Shown here: piece after piece, positions 11,048-24,167 of the stretch
How the letters are laid out: every line of letters begins with the position of its first letter
Numbering within the stretch: the first letter of the stretch is position 1
Assembly (NCBI GenBank): GCA_002189035.1
Contig: NEEC01000019.1
Location: 1,364,001 to 1,428,000 of the forward strand
Reading direction: 5' to 3'
Length of the DNA stretch: 64,000 nucleotides
From: Utricularia gibba
Taxonomy: Eukaryota; Plantae; Magnoliophyta
Position numbers and translations under genes: made by a program
The notes under the pieces: generated by a model
What the model was told of the DNA's origin: nothing
Database searches by the model: none
The model's input: the letters and a program-made list of their open reading frames with translations, nothing else

Positions 11048-12045
11048 TTTTTTTTAAGCCGTTTTCACAGAGTTGAACTGCTGAAGAGAAGAGATGAGTC
11101 TCTGTGATTCACGCAGCGTGGCATTGAGAATCGTCACTGTGCCTTCTCCACAAGGCGTTGGGGTTTGTATGCAGTAGAAGTAGAAGTGATCCTGAACTCC
11201 TTGCGGATTAGCGACTAATCCAGTGATTATTAATTAAACACAACACAGAGTGGGTTAAGAGGATAATCAAATGTCGATGACCCGCGTGGGTAGTTAAAAT
11301 AAAGACCACGTGTTTGATTTCATCACAATTATCCACTGGAGAATGTAAATAAGATCACAGGTTAAAATATTTTATATTGATTATAGATGTTGGATGAATC
11401 AAAATAAATAGAGATATTTTTCTAATTTTATACAAAACATTGTGATTCACGTTATTCTTATAATTTATTATTTATTGTAGATATCTAATTATTATGATTA
11501 TATCTTCTTTTTTTTAAAGAAAATACATGATACAAGACTATAAGAATTCTTCTATTTAAACATGTATCTTATCTCATTCTTTACCAATATATGATATCCT
11601 TATAAGGCTTTTGGCTTATGAGGTCTTTTTTCAAAAGAATGAAATGTAAATTGTGAGTATTAAATATCTAAAATAGACAATGTCATAAAAAAAAAACATG
11701 TATCATATTTAAACAAATACACTCAATGGAGACACTTTATATTTAAATAAGAAAAATATAATGTCAAAAGGATATTCTAGTTACAGAAGATAAGTTGTAT
11801 TTAAAAAGATAAAATTTTGTAATCTTTTATAACATATTTTTTCCAAAATTTAATAATATAAAATCATGAGATATATATTTTATATATAAGTTTAAGGGCG
11901 TGACAATAATATCTTATATTAATTACAAATAGAGAAAATAACGTATTTAAATTGAGAGATCTTTCTAATTTTATGAGTCATTTTCCTCAAAAATGAAAAA
12001 TATAAAACTTTAAAAATTGAATATGTGAAATAAATAATATCGTAT

Positions 12046-12048
<3 letters not shown>

Positions 12049-12078
<30 letters not shown>
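12049..12078. repeat. (AT)15 microsatellite
   Basis: Read directly. Confidence 0.9.
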
Positions 12079-12080
<2 letters not shown>

Positions 12081-12941
12081 TATTAAATTTTTATTTTAGT
12101 ATATAATAAAAAAACCTATGAATGATCAATTTCATCTACCGCATGATGCATAAAATTGTGGAATATTTGGTAATCAACATAAAATAATAACATTGAATAA
12201 TATATCATTTTTTAATGATTCCAGGAATCAAATCTTTTTTCAATTTCCTATTTATAAAAAAGCTTATAATAGAAATAGAAAAAGAAATTATAGACGTTTG
12301 ATGAATAATAATATATTATATTTTATGTACAATAATGATTAATAGTTTATAACCCTACGGGAGGAAAAATGGTCAACGCGTGTTTTCATGAATAGAGTTG
12401 GCATCCGAGGGAGGTTTTAATCCACACCTTGAAAGTTGACTTTCTCCCTCTGGGAAATTTTCCCCTACGGCGAGGTCTAGGGAACCACTTCTCGCATCAT
12501 CCTCCACGTAACTTTGCGTTCTTTTTTTTACGTGAATTTCATCTGATTTTATTTTAGTTTTCGTGAAAAGAAATTTGGTAGTAGAAACAAAGAGGGCACG
12601 AGGTATAAATGCTTTGGGCGACTAATTAAAATGAGAAGATACAAGGCTGAACATGTAATTAATTCGCTAATCACTTTCTTAATTATGCTACAGTTACTTG
12701 CGTGTACAAATTAAACAAAAAAGAAAAATAAAAAGAAATCCCGCAATCCTAAGGTATTACCATGGAGCCTAGCGCACAGGATCGGGCCTCCATGTCAACG
12801 GAATTGCTTATATCCATCTTCTTCCTCTTTCCATCTTCAACTCCTCGCACAAGGTTCACGTAACACAGGGCCCTGAAAACTGGGAATCTCTTTCTGGAAT
12901 AGTGATTATTTGCACTGGGACTTGAATTTAGTGGAAGGGAA

Positions 12942-14095
12942 ATGATTTCCGGGGCGACGAGTTCTTCTTACTCACTGCCGATTCATGGAGGGATTCATGA
13001 GGTTCATGATCTGTCGGAGACGAATTCGTCTTCTTTTCTTTTTAATATGTCAGTTTTGAAGGAAAAAGTGCATCAAATCCAGTCTTTAGCGAGTGTTTGG
13101 ATGTCGCCCGAGAGCCCACAGATGGCGGTGGCGCTCCCCACCATGGCAACTTTGATTCAGGACATCATCGTAACGGCTTCTTCGATGATGTTTTCGTGCC
13201 AGCAGATGGCGATCGGCTCGCCGGCGGCTTTTGAATTGAGCAGCCAACGGAGTAAGATGGCGGCGGAAATTGTTAACGCCGGAAGTAGGGGTGGCGTTGT
13301 GAGAGGGTTTCCTTCCGATCAGGTGAAGTGAATACGCGCCCACTGTTTCATGTTCGAATTTTTCTATGGTATGCTGAGACATGTTACGTTTCCGATCAGG
13401 TAGATGATGCGTGGTGCAGTAATAATCAGAGTCAGTACAATAACTCGAATGAGGATTTGGGTCGGAGAATCGACGGTGGTTTCCGGCGGGGAACGGCGGA
13501 GAAGAGAGAAATTGTTGACGGCTCAGGCAACTACGACATCGTCGAACTCGACGCTGCCGATTTGCTAGCGAAATACACACACTACTGTCAAATCTGCGGC
13601 AAGGGATTCAAACGCGACGCCAATCTCCGTATGCACATGCGAGCCCACGGCGACGAATACAAATCAAGCGCCGCCCTGAGCAACCCAATGAAGAATAACC
13701 CAGAATACGGCGGCGGCAGCGAATCTACCATCGCCCCGAAACCACCACGAAAATACTCGTGTCCACAAGAAGGGTGCCGGTGGAACAAAAACCACCCCAA
13801 ATTCCAGCCCCTGAAATCCATGATCTGCGTGAAGAATCACTTCAAAAGAAGCCACTGCCCCAAAATGTACGTTTGCAAGCGATGTAACCGGAAGCAATTT
13901 TCTGTACTCTCCGATTTGCGAACGCATGAGAAACACTGCGGAGACCTGAAATGGCAGTGCTCCTGTGGGACGACGTTTTCGCGGAAGGATAAACTAATGG
14001 GCCACCTCGCTCTGTTCGTCGGGCACTCCCCGGCGGTCAATTCCACGGCGGCGGATGCGGGGCCCCAAAACTCAGCGCCGTTAGGCGAATCTTGA
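12942..14095 (+). CDS. STOP2: STOP2/STOP1-like C2H2 zinc-finger transcription factor, 2 exons (intron 13323-13399)
   Basis: N-terminal [15 protein letters not shown]...[11 protein letters not shown]; fingers [42 protein letters not shown] and [12 protein letters not shown]...[21 protein letters not shown] intron joins the two ORFs in frame. Confidence 0.92.
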
Positions 14096-14679
14096 CTTGA
14101 ATCCAGGGAAAGGTTCTCCGTAGTTTGGGATTTCAGGCAGGGTAATTTAATAATTCCCATTTTAGTCACTGCTAGTTTATTACTCTATTCTATTTTTACC
14201 ACGGTAACTAACGGTAGAAGTAGTGATTTTTACTGTCGGAAGTCCCCGTCAAGTCATCAGAAATGGGCTGCATTTCTGGTTTCAGCCCAAATATTCATTA
14301 TCATTATTTTGTTTTATTTTTTATTAGTAAAAAAATTAATTGAATTTCACAAATCGTTTAGCATGTGAATGGTTGGTGATTAGGTGCAGCCGTGCACCAC
14401 GCCACATGATAATATTTTAGGGCATATTGGGAATTTAACAATTGAATTTAAAGGACAAGGCAAAAGCATATGTTATATAGGTCAAATTGAGTTGAAAAGG
14501 TCATATTTTATCAATGATTTATAAAATATTCTTTTTCTAATTTGTATAATATAATTTTTATTAAAATTAATTTTGGAATAATTTTTACAAAGCATCCCCA
14601 TTGCATGAACAAAACCTAAATCCACAATTTCACATTAATTTCTTTTATTATTTAAAAAATAGGGAAGTATTAATAATTG

Positions 14680-15347
14680 TCAAAAACTACTGGATCTTTT
14701 CAAGGGAGTGATCCGGTGATCCAAATCGGAGCAGCTGCAAACCCTCCTCAATCCATCTGGGACGCTCCTTCTCAACAGCTCCATCATCGCGACCGTCGGT
14801 TCGGGGGAGCAATGAACCCACGGTGCTCCCTCATCGCGTCGCGACAATCCTCACCAACCCCGCGTTGGAACAGGTGGGCCGACCTGCACAACGGACATGT
14901 CACGTGACGATGTAGCCACGTGTCAAGACACGTCGGATGGAAAACGTGGCCGCAGTAAGGGATCATCTTCACTGTCTCCCCCTCCTCGAACTCGCACAGG
15001 CAAACAACGCACTCGCCGTCGCCGGGGTACGCCACCAGCGGAAGCGACTCCACCGCCGCGGAGTCGAGACCTCCTCCTCCCTTGGGACACTCCCGGATCG
15101 GGGTATCGCCGGCAGAGTCCCCGGAATCCGATGAAATTGCCCGGTTGAAGAAGCGCAAGAGGATGCTGAGGAAGCCCAAGAGGAAGATTGCGACTACGAA
15201 GATGAGGATAGCGATAGCCGTCGCCGGTTTGAGGTACGGCGAGGCTGTGGTGCCGTTGGCGGCAGCGGTGAAGGGGTAATCTTTCGGGTGAGTGAGCTGC
15301 AGGAGGACCCTCCTGCTCGAGGCCATGTTCCGGCCGACGATGTTCAA
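14680..15347 (-). CDS. ATL57: ATL-family RING-H2 E3 ligase (ATL57-like); apparent -1 frameshift at ~14805
   Basis: TM segment, GLD motif (GLDSAAVESLP) and RING-H2 CVVCLCEFEEGETVKMIPYCGHVFHPTCLDTWL...TCPLCRS. An ATL57-like tail LRRVCSCSDL...LKRSSSF* is in another frame, ending at 14680. Confidence 0.88.
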
Positions 15348-15809
15348 TTCAATTCAAGATCAAGCAATGAAAAAAAGGAGCTACAGTCTTATATTTGGAC
15401 AAGGAGTCTTTGTCGTACAAGTTTTTCAATAATTGAGCATTATCTTCAACTTGGTTTGAATTTTCTATCCCGCAATAATTGAAAAAACAAAAGAAAAGTA
15501 GTGAATTTGCCCATGTGTTTGTTTGGGATAAAAGACGAAAGTAAAACCTTGAACATCAGTAAAAAAAAAAGTCAAAATTAACCATTTACTTAATTAAAGA
15601 AGTAAAAGTGTATATTATAAACATTTCTTTTTAGATTATTTTAATTAGGATTTATAGTCGGCTGTCTTCTTTTTTTTTTATTTAAAATTCCCAGAAAGAG
15701 GAAAAAAATTACATTCTTAAGTTTAGGGAAAAATTGTTTTTTCATTAATTAATATAATTTTATAAACATTATACTAAAATCGTGTATATTAAAAATTAAA
15801 GATAACATA

Positions 15810-16141
15810 TGCCACGGCACGTTGTTGTAGCATTTTGATGGTCACCTCGGTGAGGGCTGAAATCTAGCTCCTACGGGTAGGCTTTTATGGGGAGGTGACG
15901 TGAGGAGGTGGAGAGACTTGCGGCCCAAGCCATACTTCCGTGGTCCCAAAGTAATACGGACGCCTTTGGGTCTGCTTTATTTGGGCCTACTTTCTGCCCA
16001 GGCCCAATTCAGCCTTCCATGGTTTGGATCCGGGCCATTGATAGGGTCCACGGTCCAGATCTGGACGGTTCAAATCGATCCAGGAGTTGGTGGGCCCAGG
16101 TGTAAGCCCGCCGGTTATGACCTGACCCAGTTCCGGTTGTA
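15810..16141. mobile_element. GC-rich non-coding island in an AT-rich spacer, probable transposon remnant
   Basis: Sharp compositional step, many GGCCC/GGTCC motifs and a palindrome TCCAGATCTGGA; no clear TIR, LTR or TSD resolved. Confidence 0.3.
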
Positions 16142-16749
16142 GTTATTATTTTGTTTAATATAATTGATACTTTTAAAATTATACTTGAAAAAATAAGTAG
16201 TTGTTTATTTTTACTTTTTATTTCTATTTTTCTAAAATAATTTTAAAAAATAAAAACAGATTTCAAAAATTTTACAAAACACTGTTGTTATTTATAGTTT
16301 ATGATTTGATTTAACGAAATAAAACTTATTTATTAAAATATTAAAATATTAAAATATTTCAAATTGTGTTAAAAAAACATAATGTTAAATGGAAGGAGAG
16401 CAAAGAATGCAATAAATAAATAAGGGGAGGTGCATTTCTTTTAGCAAAAATTGAAATGGAATTTTAACATGAAGGACGACCAAAGCGCGATCCTGAAAAT
16501 GATATTTTAGTGAGACCCATTGCACCGATCTCCACTACACGGCAGTCTTTTTCCGTTGTCCGGCGGCTCTTGTTTCGGTTCCATTGTTTCTCTCTCTAGA
16601 TCGGCGGCTGGGATTTTCCCAATTGAGAGAACATATATATGCTGGTGTGTGTATATGCATATTTGGGAAAAATTCGTCTTCAGTGTTGACTCTGCGATCT
16701 GAGCGAGCATTCACGCCGCCGTGGGGGATCTGGAGAGGCCCGCTGGATG

Positions 16750-19700
16750 ATGGCGCTTTCCGGTATGAGAGGATTGTCGGTTTTTATAAGCGACATAAGG
16801 AATTGCCCGAACAAAGAGCAGGAACGTCTTCGTGTGGATAAAGAGCTTGGCAAAATTCGCACTCGATTTAAGCAGGAAAAGGCGAGTTTGCGAGTTTACA
16901 TTGGTTTTTGCGCCGTTTTCTTCTTGGGTCGCGGTCAATTGCTCCATTGGATGCATTTCTTGAGTTGCTTCTTTACAGGAGCTTGAAGCGGAAGGCTATG
17001 ACTTTGTTATATTTGACCATCACGATTATCTTTTGAAAGTTTGAACTTCGTAATCATTGAATTCATTGTATATGTTACTTGGCCAGGCCCCAACACCTTA
17101 TGAGAAGAAAAAATATGTTTGGAAGATGCTTTATATTTATATGCTTGGTTATGACGTTGATTTTGGCCACATGGAAGCTGTTTCTCTAATATCTGCTCCA
17201 AAATATCCTGAAAAACAGGTAAGTTGCCTTTCTTATAAAATAGTATCTTCCATCCAGCACGTTGTCATCAACAGCTTTTTCTTTGTTTGAGCTGTTCTAG
17301 GTTGGCTACATAGTTACTTCATGTCTGCTCAATGAAAATCACGATTTTCTGAGACTGGCAATTAATACCGTGCGGAGTGATATTATCGGGAACAATGAAA
17401 CTTTTCAGTGCCTGGCATTAACATTGGTATGCATTCGGATTCCTTCAAAATATTTCATGTATAACACTGCTTATTGCTATGTGTAGGTTGATGTCTAATA
17501 CATGTGTGTAGGTTGGAAATATTGGTGGGAGGGAATTTGCGGAAGCTTTGGCTCCTGATGTCCAAAAGTTACTTGTAAGTCTATGCTCTGAATGTATTTT
17601 TTAGGCTCAGCTCTAACTTATGCTGAAAGCTTCTGTTGCTCTAGATTTCTAGTAGTTGCAGGCCGCTTGTACGAAAGAAGGCTGCATTGTGTCTCCTGCG
17701 TCTCTTTAGAAAGAATCCTGATGTGGTGAATGTTGATGGCTGGTGAAGTTTCGCAGCACTTCCTCTCTTGATTTTGGAAATAAAATACGTGAAATCTTTT
17801 TTTTTTCTGCACCTGCTAGGTCGGACAGAATGTCACAACTACTAGATGAACGTGATTTGGGAGTTCTGACTGCTTCTATGAGCCTTCTGGTGGCACTAGT
17901 ATCAAATAGCCATGAGGCTTACTGGAGCTCTCTTTCAAAGTGCGTTAAAATTCTAGAGAGGCTTGCCAGGAATCAAGATATTCCACAGGAATACACTTAT
18001 TATGGTATTCCATCACCTTGGCTCCAGGTATGCCATGCATGCATGCGCGCTTTTGCATATCATTCTTAAGAAAGTGGCTGTGGAACCCATTCCCTAGTCA
18101 ATCAGCTCCTTTATCAGCTTCTTGGGCTTTATAAGTTAATTCTTACTTAAGATGGAATGAAACGTTAATTCTTACTTAAGATGGAATGAAACGTTAATTC
18201 TTACTTAAGATGGGAATGAAACGTTTATTCTTACTTATGAATACTGCATGGAATGAAACGTTAATTCTTACTTAAGATGGTTTTGTTATTTGGTGTATAG
18301 GTTATGATCATTCAAATTATTAAATACCCATTTTGTATTCCCTTCTTTTCTTTTCATGGTTACGTACTATTTTAAAATATAAATAAATTATAGTAATGCT
18401 GGATTCACCATTACTGTCACTTGTGTCAGGTTAAAACAATGAGAGCTTTACAGTATTTCCCGACTATTGAAGATCCAAATACTAGGAGATCATTGTTTGA
18501 GGTTTACCTTTTCAGCTCTGTTAATTTTATATAATGGTGTAATGTGCTTTCGGATATGTTACCCAAATAACTTCTTCAACCCAATCAGGTATTACAACGG
18601 ATATTGATGGGAACTGATGTGGTAAAAAATGTGAATAAGAATAATGCCTCCCATGCTGTTCTCTTTGAAGCCCTTGCTCTCGTAAGTCCATGACTTCTTC
18701 AATGGAAAAGTATTAAATATTTATCCTATATTGCATATTTCGGCATTAATCTCTCCTGTGTTTGGTAGGTTTTCTTATTTTCATTTTTTGTTATTATGGT
18801 GGCTTTGGTTTCATAACCGCAGGTGATGCATCTTGATGCTGAAAAAGAGATGATGTCTCAGTGTGTTGCATTGCTTGGGAAATTCATCGCTGTTCGTGAA
18901 CCCAATATTAGATATCTTGGTTTGGTATGTTATGCATTTCGTCAATAGAAATATTAAATTAATTTACTTCTCATTTTTTGAGGCCAAGTGTGGGTGGTCA
19001 AAGATACAATGATACCCTATTGTGGAACATAAATGACTGCTGAAAATTACATGATCTGTCTGCGCATTGCTCTGTTGCAGGAGAACATGACTCGGATGTT
19101 AATGATAACGGATGTGCAGGATATCATTAAAAGACACCAGGCCCAGATAATTACATCCCTGAAGGATCCAGATATTAGGTTGACTATATTGCTTCTCTGT
19201 TTAATACAGGCCGTGTTTGATTATACTGAAACACTGTTATATTACGATCTCAATATTTGGAGGTAGCAAATTTTTAAGCATTTGTCTTTCCATCAGTATC
19301 AGAAGACGTGCGCTTGATTTGCTATATGGCATGTGCGACTTTTCTAATGCAAAGGACATAGTCGAAGAATTGCTTCAGGTGGCGAATAGTTGATGGATCT
19401 TATTTCTCCAAACCCTGATCTCGTAGTCTTATTTTATTATATAGCAAAAAAAAAAAAAGCTTTCTGATCTTAAATTATTTCAGTATCTGAGCTCAGCCGA
19501 CTTTGCTATGCGCGAAGAGTTGTCACTTAAAGCTGCAATTCTTGCTGAGAAGTTCGCCCCTGACTTGTCATGGTAACTCCCAAATAATCTGTCAACTCAA
19601 TATGAAAATCGTTTCAGAAGATGTGTTTTATCATTTGTCTTCAGGAATGTATAAGTGGAAAAATGGTTGGCATTCTGGTTGTTTTAAAAAAAATGCTTTC

Positions 19701-22700
19701 TGATCTTAATCATCATCGTTGGACATTTGATTGCATAACCTGTTTTATTGGTATTTTAATCTTTCTGTTGCAGGTACGTAGATGTGATTCTTCAGTTGAT
19801 TGATAAGGCTGGGGATTTTGTCAGTGATGATATTTGGTTTCGTGTGGTCCAATTTGTCACAAATAATGAAGATCTCCAGGTGTTTGATACTGGCGTTTCT
19901 ACTTCTAAGTGTTTCTTTGTAGTATGTATCAAAACCTGTTGTTCGCTTATGCCACACTTGATATATTTCTCAGCCCTATGCCGCACTTAAGGCTAGAGAA
20001 TATCTTGATAAGTCTGCAATCCATGAGACCATGGTGAAGGTTTGTCACTCTATGTATCTTCTAGCCTTACTCTTACACGAGTCCTGTTTTTTTTTTTTTT
20101 TCCCTTTTTTTTTCACTATGAGGCTTATTTTAGGAGGTTCAAGATCATGGATGCTGACCTATGTGATGTCTGTTAATAAGATCACATGTGCACTTTTTCT
20201 TATCAGGCCTGCCTTACATTGTAACGATTGAGCTCAAATCATTTTGTAAATATCATAGTCAGTTTTCACTTTGATGTCATAACATATGGATGTGTGCATT
20301 TTTTTTCAAAATGAGTGCATCCATTCAACTCTGTAATTTACTAATAAATTACATGCAGGTAAGCGCTTATATTCTTGGTGAATACAGCCACCTTCTAGCC
20401 AGACGGCCTGGGTGTACTCCCAAGGAAATCTTCAACATCATACATGAGAAGCTTCCTGCTGTTTCGTGAGGACATTTCTCCATTGTCTTGGATTCTGCTG
20501 GTTGTGCTGTAAATTGCTTCTGTTAACTGGGTCATTATCCACCAGGACTTCAACAATTCCTCTTCTTCTCTCCACTTATGCGAAGATTTTGATGCACTCT
20601 CAACCACCAGATCCGGAGCTAGTCAGACAAATATGGGCGGTGTTTAGCAAGTAATTGTACTTGTTCATTTGCAATTTTTTTATTGTTAGAATCATATCAG
20701 AACTTAATTTAGTGGAGGTATTTCAGGTATGAGAGTTGTATTGATGCTGAAACTCAACAACGCGCTATTGAATACCATGCTTTAAGTATGAGGGGTGCTG
20801 CTCTTATGGATGTACTTGCGGAAATGCCAAAGTTCCCCGAGAGACAGGTTTTTAGATTCTTGGATAGGTCTCTAGTCTGATAATGCGCTTTATCTGAAGC
20901 AAAAAAATCAATTTTCGTGGCTTGTTTTTTGTCCATAGTCTATGTTGATAAAAAAGGCTGAAGCGGCTGAGGCTGATACCGCTGAGCAAAGCGCAATCAA
21001 GTTGCGGACACAACAGCAGACTTCTAATGCGTTGATCCTGACTGATCAAAGCTCTGCAAATGGTGCACTTCCTGAGAATAAGCTAGGTTTGGTGAAGATT
21101 CCTACCATTAGTGAGGTAGGGTTTTTTAAATTTAATGTTGAATGCGTTCCCTTGTTCTTTTCTTCATTTTAGTATGAATTACTGAAGGGGTATTGAAAAT
21201 AGGAACCTAGCACCTCTGAGCGAGGGATAATGCATGCAAATGGAGCACTGAGCATCGTTGATCCTCAGCCAACCACCACGCCTTCTCCTGATGTTCTTGG
21301 GGATTTCTTAGGCCCACTTGCTATTACCGATGGCACATCTGGAACTCCCCATTCAGATCCTACAATAATATCTGATGCCAATGAAAGTAAAAACAGTGAT
21401 GCATTTGCTGTTGCACCTGTCGAACCTATACACACCATTCAGGTACACCTTTGCCATTCATTTTTCCCAACATAGATTGCTTTTGAATGCTTCTGATATA
21501 TTTCGTTTTAAGGCCACTTCTAATGCTTGATAGGGTTATCTTTACCTTGATCACTGTAGGTGAATCCTTTTTAGGGAAGCACTTGGTGAAACATCTCTTT
21601 TCTTTAACCAAGTAATTTTTTGTCTCATAAATCTCTCTTTGATTTTTCCTTGATGCAGCCGATTGTTAATATTGCTGAAAGGTTCCATGCTCTGTGCTTG
21701 AAGGATAGTGGGGTGCTGTATGAGGATATTAACATCCAGGTATCTTTGATTTACGTTTTTTAATACCAAGCTTGTTTCCTTTATTGGAGGTTATTATTTC
21801 TTATCCCTGAGTAAATTTTTCCCCTGTTCTGTTTCTAGATTGGCATTAAAGCTGAGTGGCGGGCACATCAAGGGCGGCTTGTTCTTTTTCTGGGAAATAA
21901 AAATACTGCACCTCTCACTTGTGTTAAAGCGTTTCTGCTGCCTCCCACACACTTAAACATGGAGCTCTCTTTAGTTCCCGAGATCATTCCTCCAAGAGCA
22001 CAGGTTCACCACCTATTGGATCTTCTCCGACAGAACATCCTTTTGTCCCTGCTCCTACTCTTTTCTCAAGTTTGAATTTGATACTATTATCATTCGTCAC
22101 TTTCTTAGGTTCAATGCCCACTTGAAATAATCAACCTCCATCCGAGCAGAGAGTTGGCTGTCCTGGACTTTGCGTACCTTTTTGGAACTAATGTAACTTT
22201 ACACCTTTAATTGGATATTGAAGCTTATTAGTGATTCCTGGTCTCTTGTATTGTTCTTGAGCGTGCTGATGGATGATCAGGTAAATATAAATTTGCGTCT
22301 TCCTGCTGTTTTCAACAAGTTTCTTCAACCCATCACTCTCACTGCTGAGGAGTTCTTTCTGCAATGGAGATCGCTACAAGGACCACCTTTAAAGCTGCAA
22401 GAAGTGGTAGGCTTGTGTTTTGTGTTTGTTAAATTCATGTCGTATGCCACCACGAAAATGTTTTGATTTCCCAGGTTAGAGGTGTAAAGCCCATGCCACT
22501 TGGAGAAATGGCAAACTTGTTTAACAGTCTGCATCTAATGGTTTGCTCAGGGCTTGTAAGTGTTCATACTCTCTGTCTATTGAATGTAGATCAGCCAGTA
22601 AACGTTCTTACTCTCTGCTATACTTTTTAGGACCCAAACGCAAACAATTTGGTCGCATGCACAACATTTTTCTCTGAGAAGACCAGAGCTATGCTCTGCT

Positions 22701-23014
22701 TGATTAGAATAGAAACAGACCCTGCTGACCGAACGCAGCTGCGCATGACTGTTGCATCGGGTGATCCTACACTGACATTTGAGTATGCTACCAGCCTTTA
22801 TATCGACATCCTTATGAACTTTTTACCTCAGCTACCCACCTGATTTATAAACATCCATAGGTTGAAGGAGTTCATCAAAGAGCAACTAGTCTACATTCCT
22901 GTGGGTCAGCAGGCACCGGTTCCTCCCTCATCAGCCCCGGTTCCGCCTTCCCAACCAGCCATCCCCCCTCCATTGGCATCAGACCCAGGAGCTCTTCTCG
23001 CGGCTCTGCTTTGA
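16750..23014 (+). CDS. AP2A: AP-2 complex subunit alpha (alpha-adaptin), more than 20 exons
   Basis: [19 protein letters not shown]...[61 protein letters not shown] and the appendage domain [21 protein letters not shown]; stop TGA at 23012-23014. Confidence 0.97.
18135..18280. repeat. 29-bp minisatellite, ~4.7 copies, in an alpha-adaptin intron
   Basis: Unit GTTAATTCTTACTTAAGATGGAATGAAAC at 18135, 18164, 18193 (+1 G), 18223 (variant with 8-nt insert) and 18260 (partial). Confidence 0.95.
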
Positions 23015-24167
23015 ATGCTGTTGCGACTAGATCAACATGCTATTGTCTAGCTTCTCCCTCTTGTTCTTTATTTTTTCCGCTGTGGCTGTGAGTGCTCCAT
23101 TCTTTTGTTTCGTGTTTCTTGTGTTTCTTGTCTGCCTGCAGTTTCAAGTGCCAGAGGAGGAGGATGTGTGAGCAGCAGCCAGGGCCAGGTCAGGGTCAGG
23201 ACCCCCTGTTTGTAGAGAATGTAGTGAAGCTGACATTTGAGTTTCTATTTGAGATTCTACGAGTTCCTTCCCAGATCCCAAAAGCACATGATACGCAGAT
23301 CATGAATTTGTTGCTCTTCCTTATATTTTGGAGACACCGCTATCATCCCATAAGTTGATTCATTTTCCCTGTTCACTGCTCTCCTCTGCTGCCCTCCTCA
23401 ACCTCCCCACTGTGGAAACAGCCACAGCTTGTGATTTCAAGTAATGAATCCATTCTTTAGCCCAGGAAGACGTGTTATTATCTCAAAAAGATTTTTTTAA
23501 ATATTAGTTACTATAATTATTTTAATAATATTTTTCAACATTACTTATTATACTCATGTTTTTCAAATGATTTAATTTTAGGTAAATTCATTCCATCCAT
23601 ATTTAAAATCAAACATCCTATGTAAGTCGTAGCAGCAGTCCCCATTTGTGAGTTATGACGCCTGGGACATGGTGTGACTCAACGGTACGTAGCGCAATTA
23701 CTTTTATAATTAAAATTATTCTAAAACAAAATTATTTTTATTTTTGAAAAGTAGAAATAAGTTTTAAAATTTTTTCAAAATAATCATTTAGTTTACGTGG
23801 CTTGATCTATTATTTGGGCCTATGATTTTATATTCACAGGGGCTAAGACCTCTTTTGGTGCCCATCGGACACGCTCTAGTGGTTGGGCAATGCAGTTGGC
23901 TGTTATGACAATGATATTTAAAAAGGGATTCAATGCTTCTGATCATTTAATGAAACTGAACTGAAAGTAGCATGTTTGGAAAACTACCCACAGGGCGTAT
24001 GACCACAAAGACTCAGACTTCAGGGTTCTCCTTTTGAAAAGGGTGGGAAAAAAGAAGGAACGGAAACAAAGGGAAGGGCAGGGAATGGGTATCCTTTAAA
24101 ACGAACCTGTTTAGAACTGGTGCTGGAGAACTCGGATGAACCCCCGGCTAGGAAGTTTTCCCAGCCA

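Noticed and set aside
13086-13936. Long minus-strand ORFs (164, 77 and 90 aa) over STOP2, and similar shadow ORFs over the LRR, NEK6, MTP8 and orphan genes
   Set aside because: They are antisense or alternate-frame by-products of GC-rich coding exons with no recognisable motifs.
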